64,000 bases of DNA from the NCBI GenBank assembly GCA_036172245.1, contig JAYWIR010000004.1, forward strand, positions 3,410,001 through 3,474,000, given 5' to 3'. Position 1 is the first letter of the stretch. Each line of letters opens with the position of its first letter. The stretch comes from Raillietiella orientalis (lineage: Eukaryota). Positions 53,459 through 64,000 of the stretch are shown here, piece after piece. A model generated the notes under the pieces. That model was given only the letters and a program-made list of their open reading frames with translations. It searched no databases and had not been told where the DNA came from. Made by a program: the position numbers and the translations under genes.

Positions 53459-55384
53459 GCTCCTCTCAGTATCCGCGACAAGTATAAGCAATGATATAAT
53501 ATAAAATATTATATTCCGTGACAGGCTGACCTACCATGTGGAATGGAGCATAGGCTTACTTGTTTCCTAAAACCCAACATTCCTTAAAAGTTTCCCGACG
53601 TCACTGCTGCAAGCAGCGCTTCTGGACATGAGTAACATGAGTAACACAGTAAACATGAGTGGGTTCGTGTGATTGTATCCAGTCTACCATTAGTCCCTTG
53701 CTAAAAATAGAGCATGCAAACTAGGGAAGGAAATGTGCCCACTAAATGAGGACAATTAAAGTCATTCCGTGTTCTGAATGTGCGTATTTATAGAACCCTG
53801 TAGCATTAAGAGAACTGAATTCCGTGGTCCATATGATCGATGGGTTTTGCCATCCGGCAACTTGCATCTGGCGATTTGTTTTAGATGGGAGTGATGCAGC
53901 ACCTCTGAGAAACATTTTCGGAAAAATTATCGGATGGAACCGAAAGCAGCATCTCAGTTTGCACTTTAGAATTTCAAGTTTCGGCACTTAGGCCAAAGGT
54001 TTGAACGGAGGGACGGCCCTTCATCGTTCTTTTCAGCATGGAGCTCCACGACGTGCCTCATGGTGAGATTCCGAAAAAGGGCACCCGCCTTTCGAGAAGC
54101 GATGTGCAGACCACGGGTCGAAAAAGAAGCGAGGAGGAATGCTCTCTTCGTCGTTGGTCGAGGACGTGGATGCAGGTGGCATGCAAACACGGTGGGATTC
54201 GGAATCGATCATCGAAGATTCCAGAACTCTCTTCGGGAACAAATGAGAGCTCACGGATGAGTTTACGAGTGAATCCCTGAGACTCCACACACACCTTTCG
54301 TTCTTCCCTAGGTTTTCTCCTTGGCATGGATGCAGGGACGAAAACGTCCAGACGCGCGAAACAGGAAAAAAAATCTTGAATTTTCCATAAGTCCCAGTAC
54401 CCGATTGAAATGAATCCCATGGTATCAGGGATGCACTTCTCTCTCTCTCTCTCTCTGCAGGTCGGCCCTCGCGGACCTTAGCGAGAGGTGACTTTTGCAA
54501 AATTGAAAGCCTCTGTCAGCATGCGGGATGTTTCGGGAACGTGGGAGTGCTGAGAGTGCATTCTTCAGCGCACAAGGAACCTCAAAGATAATTAAGGAAA
54601 TTTTTTTGATAAGAAATGCCGATACTGCACCACCCTTGAGGCTTCAGCTATGAAAAACATCGATCTCCTCCTCCTCCCTTCAAACGAAACTGCTTCTCTC
54701 TCCGCAAAAATGGAGCAGCTGCAGCACCGCAGCGCGATTCGGGGGGATCGATTTTCCGGCTTTTCAAAAATCCGCGATTCAGAGAACGGATCCTGCTTCG
54801 CGGATTCGATCTGTTCCTCGCCGTGTCGTGAGTCATCGCCGCGGGCTTGTTGAGGACTTCCACGCTAGGGCCTGAGCGAAGGGAGTGGATCCCCTTCGAC
54901 AGCGGAGTAGGATTTCGCGCTCCACGAGCGGAGAGCGGAGTCTCACGCTCTTGTTTCGGGAACCTCAGCTCGAGGATGGATACGACGTGCACCATCCCAT
55001 TGAGCACCCTCCGCGTCATACTGACAGAGAAGGTGTGTCCCCACCTCTCCAGAGAATGCAGAGAAGCGAGCCGATCCCTTCGGGGAGCGCCCTTCGGAGA
55101 AATTTCGGAAGGGTACCTTCGAGGTTCTCTTCGGAGGAGGAGTGAGTAGGAGCGGTTCCCTTCCTGGTGGGTCCCCCCGGAGTTGTCACCCGGTCACGCC
55201 GGAGTGTTTACTGATTTCAACATGCTTACGACTTTCGTGGGACGAGTCCCCACCGCAGCCAACTCAACCATGGACCTACCGGGTGGCCTATGCGCAGACC
55301 GGAGGGCTCATCTCGGCGGCGGAGGGGGAGATGAGAAAACAAAAAATAAAAATAAACAAAAACACTTGGGAGTGGCGGAAGGGA

Positions 55385-56540
55385 TCACTGTCCTCTGGAA
55401 GGAGTCTGCAGCCGTTCCAGGATGCCAGCAAGGTCCGTCCGGATAATTCCCAGATGAGGCCATCTTGCCGTTATCCTCAGGAAGCAAACCGCGAACTGGA
55501 TGGTGACCCTTTCGTCGTTTGTTCTTATTCTGTCGGCTTCGCTCCATGCCGCTACAATCCTGCGGATGCAGCAAAGTACTGCTAGTCTGGCTGCAGAGCG
55601 TCCCGCACGAAGAGGACCCGTAAAACGTCCCTGGGGAGGCTGCCCACCGGGGTCTGGAGGGTCGTTCCGAAACGTTCCCATAGAGGCCCGAGGGCAACAC
55701 AGTCCATTAGGAGGTGCGAGAGGGATTCCCGTTCCCTGCACCTGCGACAGTCCGGGTTCGCCCTCCCCAGCGTCCAGTGGTATAGGCGCGCGCTGTAGGG
55801 GAAGCCCCAGTGCAACAGCAAAAGCACCGACTTCTGCTACTTCAGGGGGAGGATGCTGGTGTCCTTCAGCACTGGAGGCCACTCCAGATCTTCCGATGGA
55901 ATGTCGAGCAGCTCGCTCCAGCGCTGTATTCCTCATGGAGGGACACTCGGGGTCGCTGCATCTGCCAGCTGTCCGTGGTCCAACCACTCATAAATTGCTT
56001 CCTGCCCGCAATCTCGTAGGAGACTTCCCCCAGCGGCCTTTAGCTACTGTCTAGTGTCCTCTTCAGAAAGAAGAGTTGTCTCTGCCCACCTGCTTCTGGC
56101 AGGACACTCCAGGACCTTCCGGAGAGAGCAGCGAGCGTGGTTGCTGAGTCGCAGGCAGTTCCACCTCTCATTTTGCGTCTCGTTCAGCTTCGCCTACGCG
56201 CCGACTGTTTCCTCTAGCCATACGCTAGAGTTGGCTAGGCAGCAGACCATCCAGTCGTTCTCCTTCGCCAGGGTGACCATGAGATCCCGGACCGTATCTT
56301 CGCATCTTGGGATGAGAGGAAAGACACGAGTCATTCCGTCTCGGCCTCACGGCCGGCGGGGAGATGTGCCAGAACGCACCATGGAATGCTGCGATGGCCA
56401 AGTTTAGCCATCGCAGCTGACATTCCATCCGCTCCAGCACCAGGAGGCTGAGACCGCCTTCTGGACTCGGGGAGCACAAGTCCGACAGCGGGACTCGGGG
56501 CCTCCCGTTGCCCCACAGAGTGATGCATAGGAGGTCCTTC
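55385..56540 (-). mobile_element. Decayed, 5'-truncated non-LTR retrotransposon (L1/Tx1 clade), 3' part of ORF2
   Basis: Post-RT motif TLWGNGRPRVPLSDLCSPSPEGGLSL (~56520-56445) fits the L1/Tx1 pattern FxW.g++prv...l..p...GGLgl. About 0.7 kb downstream lie KIWSGL...LLLLHWG and a C-x2-C-x7-H-x4-C knuckle CRRCRERESLSHLLMDC..LGPLW (zf-RVT-like, ~55750-55680). Stops and frameshifts lie between the two motifs. Confidence 0.75.
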
Positions 56541-59500
56541 GTCCGCTTTTCACCTCGGGGGGATCGAACAAAAAGTAGGGGAGGAGGAGAAGAAATTCCC
56601 AGTAGCGGATACTTTCCAGGTTTCCTACGGAGAAGAAAAGATGGAGAGGATCCCTCTGTGGGTCCCTTCGGAGAGAATAAGGAAGAAGATTTCCCTTCGG
56701 GGTTCCCCTTGAGGAGACCACCGGGATCGAGGTGATCTTTCGAGAATCCCTCCCCAGGCATGAGAGGAACGGACTCCGAGCCCTTCCTGGATCCATAGGG
56801 AGGTCTCGGGGTGCCCCCCATCTTGAAGAGCCCCACGCGCCCTCGGGTGGCGTGGAACAGCGTCAAAAAGCTGCGTGAGCCGCCAGGCGCGCGCGATGGC
56901 TCCCTTGACCTACTCGACGAACCCCCCCTCCTCCCAAAACAAACAAACAAACAACGAAGGGAAAACGGCGAAGACGGAATTCAATAGACTTGGAAGTGGG
57001 GACGTGGGGTATCCCGCCGGCTTCTTCCTGAGCCGAGACTCGCCCGCCCAGCAGACAGAGAATCGGAGTCTCTAGCTCCCGAGGCTGCACAGTGTCTCCA
57101 GGATATTTCTAACACGAAAGCCAATACTCCCTTCAATTCCGAGAGTAGAAACCCTCGATGGGTTTCCAGCTTGTAATTGTAGCGCCTCGGCGACCCCCAC
57201 GAGACACACCTGCCCTCGAGCAAGGAGGAAAGCGCGGGAGCACTGGGACGATCCCGGGTGCCCATCCTCGAACCGGCTGCTCCAAGGATCCTGGAGGTTC
57301 CCAGTCCCGCTGCACAAACAAGGAGCGATGGATTCTTCAGGGGGCGGCATTGTGCGATGGCTGCAGCCTTGCGTCTTTTCCGACCGCAGGTGCTTACACC
57401 ATGCGCGCGGACGAGGATGGTCGAATGGGGACGCACGGGGAGAAGGGCCCAACGGCGCCTCCTGGTCTGAGCCGCATGAGTTCGTCCCGGGACCTGCGTA
57501 AGCTGGGACTACCTCTTTGCCGTGCACTCCGGTATCGGATCCAAGTGGATCCAAGGTACGGGGGAGGAGGAGGTAAGAGATGAGAACTGACTGAAACCAA
57601 AGTGCTCCAAGCAAGAGGAATGCATCCGGAAGAAGGAAGAAAAATACCCCCCCCTCTTCCCCCCTCCCCATCAAAAAAAAAAAAAAGGCAATGGTAGAGG
57701 GACACGCCTGGACTCAGAAGGAGGGGTTTCATCAAACGAAGCACCCGGAAAACTCCCTACCAGGCGACTGGAACTTCCTGCACCGCGTTACTTCCGCCGA
57801 GATTTCACCGAGCGGCAAAATCCACCTCCTCGTTCACAGCTGGGTTTTCCGGGGCACAGATCGATGGAGGGCACGGACGAGCAGCGGGGAAGGGGGCGAG
57901 AATTTCCCATCACCCCTGCGGTGTGGCCCCTGCTTCTCTCTCCGTCCGGTCTTCGGGAGGGAGCGACGCGGGGGGGGGGCTTCCGCACTTCCGGCATGCG
58001 CTCCTGAGGAGCTTCTTTCGGAGCGGAGGGATCTTCAGCTCTCAATCACCTCACGGCTCCTTGGAGCTCCCAAGCAGGGGGCGCACCACGGGTGATCTGA
58101 CGCGGGAATTTCGGAGGAAGGCGGTCCCGTCCTCGACGTTTCGCTCTCCTCGCGCCGTCTTGGGTCCTTCGGGGCTGCCGCCGTTGAGGAGTTCTCAAAG
58201 TGGCAGGCGACGGCTGGTGTGATGACTCGCCCTGTGCCCTAGAGCTCCAGATATCGGTTTCTTGGAGGTCGCCAGCCCCAATGCTTCCGGGCTACTGGGT
58301 CGCCTCATCTTCAGGTGATGAGGTTGGAGCTGCTACTGAAGCAGTGGCTGGTGATGTGAGCGAGGGATCCCTTCCCGCATCTCGGACCTCCGGTACATAC
58401 TGTCCACTCCGTCTCCCTAGGTGCGCGATGCTCTCTCAGGCGGTACGCTGAGCCGCGACTCGCGGGCAGCCCAGCAAGCCTTGAACGTCCGCCGCTGAGG
58501 CAAACCGCATCTGTGCTCTCACCCACAGGGCGATCGGCGCGATCATCGAGGACGATGGACCACTCGATCGTTCCCCCTCCCGCTTCCCCTTCGCAGCGAT
58601 GCGTCCCTCACAATTCTCAGCCGCGACTAAGCGGCGGCTCAAAGACTAAGGCGCGGCGTTCGGTTCCAGTCGCTCCAGAGACGGACTTTACTCTCCACCC
58701 ACATCAAGGGAGGAGCGCGTCCCGCATCGGGCAGCGTCCAGCTCCGGGATGCTCGCCGATTCGGCGGGCCAATGGTTGCAGCTTCCTTCATGAGGCGCGG
58801 CTCGAGTCGCTCCTGGTGGCCATCGCCCATCAGGAGCGACCGCGCGTGCGAGATGAGGAACTCCGGATCGCATCCCGAAGGGGTGCGCCAGCATCCAGAC
58901 GATGACCGGGTCGAGAGGACTACGCCGGAGCACTGGTAGCTGGTAACCACGGGCCAGACTGTTCCTTGAACACATCCAAAGCTGCATTCCGGGGATCCGT
59001 CGTCTCTCCAGCATGCAAGGGTGGTCTCACTGGACTTCGGTTACGCCTAACGGACGGGTCAGGCAGAAGGTAGTAGAACCCCCCCCCCCCCCCCCCTCAA
59101 CCATTTGCATCCCGATTTACTATTTTTATCATCTTGAACGGCAGTAGCAGCAGCGTTTCTCGTCAGCGCTCTTGCAAGGCGTGTCCTCCGCTGCGTCTGG
59201 CTGGGGCGACGATAGGAGCCAAGAGAGGAGTTCAAGTCCGGTTGCCCTGGAGGAGGATTTTTTTCTTTAAGGCTCCAAAGCAGCTTTGGAAGCATCCGAG
59301 TGAAAAAAACAAAAAAGGAGATGCAAAGAATCTCACGAGAGGCAAATCGGGATAACCGGAAGGCGGAGAGTCCTGCCGAGGTGTGCAGCCAGGACGACCC
59401 AAACACCGGGGCAACCAGTGCTTATGAGCGTCCGTATCGTATGCTGCGGGGTCCACGACATTCGGCAGTGCACGGACATCGCTGGAGGCGCCGTGGGGGA

Positions 59501-62500
59501 AGACGCGCCTGAGCATCCTTCAGAGAAATTTGGTGGCTCCCCTCAGTTCGGAGGGCAACCCCGTAGGGACCACCCTATGAATCCAGGAAGGCTCCGGAGG
59601 AAAGCGCCTGTTCCTCTTGGTAGGGGAATCCGAAGGGATCATCCTCTTCCTTGTTCTCTCCGGGAGGATCTCCAGCATCCGGGGATCCGTGCTTTCTCGG
59701 AAAAGGACTGGGAAAAGATCCGCTCCTAAATTTCTTCTCCGGGGGGTAAACCCGCAAGGGAACCGCTCCTTGTTTACCCCTCTGAAGATAACCTTGAAGG
59801 GACGCTTCCCTGAAGGGCGTGCTCCCCGAAGGGAGCAGCGCACGAGGGTGGGGGGAGTCGAGGTCAGAAAGGTGCTCAGAGAGTTTTTTTTCTTCCTTCC
59901 CTCTTGGAAGACCGAAGCAGCGGGACCGCTCCTTCAGGGAAGCGTCCCTCCTCCTCCTCCCCCGGGTTTGTTCCGTCGCGGAAACCGTCGGGAAGAGGAG
60001 CGGGGCCATAGAATGGAGAACCCTTCCTCCGCTCGGTCGCTCGAGCCGGCATGGGAACGGTGGCGACGACCTGGAAAAAAAGCACTCCGGGTGCTTGAGG
60101 GCGCAGGCGAGCTTTACGTATCCTTGGAGAGCGTCTGAGAAATTGCGGAGGGATCGAAGAGGAGGAGGAGGAGGAGGAGGGGAAGCGGCAGCATGGCTTC
60201 CTTTGAACTCGAAGGTGAATAGCCCGAAGGGAATTTCCCGCAGCGACTCGTCTCGCGCGCGCTCTGCGCAAGAGCGGACACGCGCGCGCCGACTCGGAGG
60301 AGGCGTCCGGAGCGCAGGAGAAAAAAAAAAAAAAAATCCTGGTCCCAGGCGCACGCGCCGCTCCTGCGCCATTCTAGGGGGAGGTGTGCTCCAGTGGAGG
60401 TGCGCGCGCGGATCCGATGGAGCACGGTGGTAGGACGACCTGCAGGGAGTGGGCAGGGGTTCCTCTTGAGGTCGGGAGTGGATCCTCCGCTTCACCCGGA
60501 TCGGTTTCCTTCCCTTCCCCACCCCCACAGCGCTCAGTCCCATCAGCGAGGGAATCTCCCCTTCCCTCTAGCCGTCTCATTCCCTTATCCACATGGGTGG
60601 TGGTTCGGATAAGAGAAGCTCAAAGCAGTGAGCTAAGCCACAGTGAGCCGCCTCATCCAGAAAATCCGTTCCTCTTGGATCATTGCTGTGGGCCCGAAGT
60701 TTCGCTTGCCGGGGAGCGCTGAGCCGATGGGATCTCTTCCGAGAGTCCGTGGATCTCCCAGGTTGGACTGGCGGGTACACCAGCATCCTTCCCAGACTTG
60801 CCTCCTCCAGCCTTCTCTGCTGCTGCTTCCGAAGTCCCCCACTTCGCCGACCCGGCCGGTCGGATCCTCCTCCTCCTCTCTGGAGAAGGAGGAACTGCGG
60901 AGGAATGAGAGGGACCTGGGAGCCCGAGGAGGAGTTCGAATGCGACCCCCTCCGGCTGCAATGGGGGGTCATCCAGTCATCCAGCGGCGAGGAGAGGATG
61001 CTCTGGCCCGAGAAGATCGAGAGCAAGCGGGAGCGAGAGAGGACTGCGTGCAAGGATGACCACCAGCGACGACATCCAGGAGTCACCTGCCCCCCTGGAT
61101 CTTCGAGAAGGTTCGAAGATGGTCACGTTAGGGAGCGGCAGCTGCCCGCTCGAGCGGGATGGATGCAGCTTGCACCCGTGCGGAACCCTTGCGCATGCCC
61201 CCAGCAGCTCGGGCGTTCCGCGCCTCTTCGTGTCCGTGCAGCGCCGTTCCGAGGGCCGCGGGAGCGTCGAACCTCAACGACCGGTCCGCGGCCTCCTCGA
61301 GGGTGCTGTGCTTCTTGGGAGCGGACCCTGAGAAAGCGATCTTTTTCAGGCAGGCAAAGAGGGGTCGAACTGAGAGTCTCAGTCAGGGCCTCGCTCCTCA
61401 GGGAGAGGATGCTCAGGGATGGCGCAGGCGCGAAAGAGAGGTTCTCGGGTCCCCAGCGCGCACCCGCCGTCGCGCGCTCGGGAACCGTTCCGACTTCCTT
61501 TAGGGGGGATTGAAGAGCGAAGGGACACGTTAGATGGTGCAGCCCGACCGCGACTGCGCGCATCTCAGGGCGGAGCGGACATCTCAGAGATCCGCAGCAG
61601 CCGTTCCATCCCCTGCGGTCAAATTTTGCAGATGGTCCGTTTCAGGCCGCGCCACTTTGGAACGCACACCTCCCTCTTCCTTGGAATCTGGGAGCGACGC
61701 CTTTTGTGTGCTACGGCTCGAAGCTCGGGGAGTCACTTGCGTGTCTTCGGTTCTCATGGCACCGTCCGCTCGCTCCAAACGTCTCCGCAGGGATATGCCG
61801 CCTGCGGAGCTAACTCCCTCCCTCCCGAGTTCATTCCTGAAGGGAAACCCAAAGGGAAAAGTTTCAGCAGCAGCAACAGCAGCAGCCACCTCCAGCTGTC
61901 ACATTCGCAGTGCGCACGCGGCCGCCGAAGAGGGAAGAGTTTTACGGCTCTTCGGCGAGCGGAAGGGGCTCCAAGGAATTCCGCAGAAACGCCATGTGAC
62001 AGAGGCGGCGCGGTTCGCTCGGCGGCGCTTTTTGTCAGCGCGGCACCTGGAGGAGGGCGCCGCCGCCGCTGTTGATGGTCCGTTGCGGCAGTCTGTTGTT
62101 GCTGGATTCTTTCCGGAGACGCACCTGGGAACACGCAGAGGCAGGGCAGGAAGGTGTGCAGAGAGACCGCCGCCGTCTTCCCAGTGGAAGCGAACGGGAG
62201 AGAGTGCGCGCGCTTTTCTCGGAGGAGGGGACCTCGGCAGCCATTCGAAACTTCGCCTCTGGCACCCGTTCGGCCGGGAGCTGCTTCTGGTCCCCCGTCT
62301 CCTCCTCCTCGAAAGGGAAGAGGCTCTGTTTTTTTTTTGTTGTTCTCCGCGCACTGCCAGCGCATGCGGTGGCGTCCTTGGCAACCGCTGCTGTGACCGC
62401 GAGCGCCCTCTGCCGCTTGCGTGGGTCCGGCGAGTTCACCGAGACCGAGGCGGAAGGCGAGCAACGCCGCTGGCGGATTCCTGCTGCTTCTCCCCCGGTT

Positions 62501-64000
62501 AGCGTCACGCGCGCACAGCACCGTGGCGCACCTCCTTCCTCCTGCCATGCACACACGCACACTGTGCTTCCCTTGCAGGGCGGGAGGGTCCTCCCTGTGA
62601 TCGGGGACCGATCTCGCACTGCGCAGGCAATCGTTCCGCGACAACGCACGCGCGGGGACTGAGAGAGCGATCCCAGAGGCCTCGGGCGCAACTCCAGGGA
62701 GCAAGGGGAGGGAATCCCGTCGGTTCGCGCGCGGCCGGATGCTCGCGGCTGGGACGACACGGCGTCTTCCGCCTCCGCCGCCTCTGATTGGCGGCCCTCC
62801 TGACGGCTCTAGGACCCGCGCTCGAATCATGCGGACCGCGCTGGCTCCTCGACCGCTCCCCGACAGACCGCGGGCAAAAAGCACGCGCTCGAAGGAAGAA
62901 GAAAGAAAGAGAGAGACGGAGGAGAGAACGTGGCAGTCCCAGTGCACTCAACCCTGTCAGTTTTGCTTTCCTTTCCTTTCTCTTTTTAGTCCGTTTTTTT
63001 TCTTTACCTTCGCTGCCGCGGCGGCGCTGCTGCGTCTTGTCGGCGTTCATCAGAGACTGCGCTTCCGAAACGTCCTCCCCCCCCTCCTCTCTCTTTCATA
63101 CGCACACACACACACACACCTTGGGGGTGGCCGAGATGGAGAGGCCGGCCGCGCGGCAGCCTCATCCGTTCCTTCGCCGGAAGAAGGTGTCCTGGCCTCG
63201 CGCCACTTCCGCCGAAGGCGCCTGCCTGCCGCTCCCCGTACCCCGGGGGATATGTCGACCCGCGGCGCGCCTGCTGAAGGATGTCCCTCGGGGGGACGCC
63301 AGCCGGATCGGTTTCCGCCGGTGACGGTGACGGGGGCGCGCAGCCCCCGGCGGAAGCGCGGGGCAGCAACATCAGCCTGTGCTTCCGCCGGGACTCGCGC
63401 GCAGGACCGGGCGCGACAACCCGACCGCCGCCACCGCGAGGTGACCTCGCGGGGAAGACGGGAAGAGCGGGGAGGGATCTTCCGCCAGGCTCGTCTCCTG
63501 CGTTCTCCCGGAGAGCGCGCCTTCGGGAGACGGAATGAGCTCTCCCGTTCCCGTCGCCTCGTCGGACGCGTCGGGGAGAGAAACGCGAGCATTCCCTTGG
63601 GAAGCCCTCGAGGGTTCTCGAAGGTTATCCCGTTGGAGGGGACGCGCGTTTCGACAGGGAAGCCTCAGGCGCAGCTATCCTTGCGGAGGGAGCCCTTTGG
63701 GCGGCGTTCGGAGCCTGCGCCTTGCCGGCTCAACCCTCGGTGAGGAGGGAGAGGAACACCCCCCAAGGGGGCGCACCCTCTTCCTGCCTGGATGAGTCAT
63801 GGGGTCGGGGCCCGTGGGGGACAGGGGTGGCAGGAAAGGAGGAGCCGCCGCGACATCTGTCTGTGCACTGGAGGAGCGGGGAAAATCCTGGAACGAGGCG
63901 CGGCGGCGTGTCCTCCCCGAGGACGCGCGCGGCGAAGAGGATCTTGCAGGGCAGGGCAGGAAACGAATGGAACGACGGAGACGGGACGAAGGTGGACGGA

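Noticed and set aside
58100..59000. Possible Gypsy integrase C-terminal remnant on the minus strand
   Set aside because: Only vague fragments (SLLMG, LRTPQRRQPRR); no DDE or GPY/F motif and no LTRs.
59500..64000. Long ORFs in the right flank, e.g. 61754-62947 and 62739-63743
   Set aside because: Same GC artefact; they run through microsatellites and poly(A/T) tracts.

Overview
Eukaryotic (animal, probably invertebrate) genomic DNA, so the six-frame ORF track fragments the real spliced genes and shows many spurious GC-driven ORFs at both ends. An AT-rich, CpG-poor core (~15-48 kb) holds five intron-containing housekeeping genes whose exons I joined by hand: MBTPS1/site-1 protease (+), NUDT19 (-), RPS21 (-), TM9SF4 (-) and SSR1/TRAP-alpha (-). 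Most of their introns are only 37-55 nt. The core grades on both sides into GC- and CpG-rich low-complexity sequence. The right side holds an intronless, disabled TRAPPC6 retrocopy and a decayed L1/Tx1-type retrotransposon; both flanks hold a few unidentified candidate exons. The most striking observation is that the MBTPS1 and NUDT19 coding sequences overlap tail-to-tail by 25 nt, so each 3' UTR must run antisense through the other gene's coding exons. I found no tRNA, rRNA or CRISPR array. All homology calls come from recognising motifs, not from a database search.
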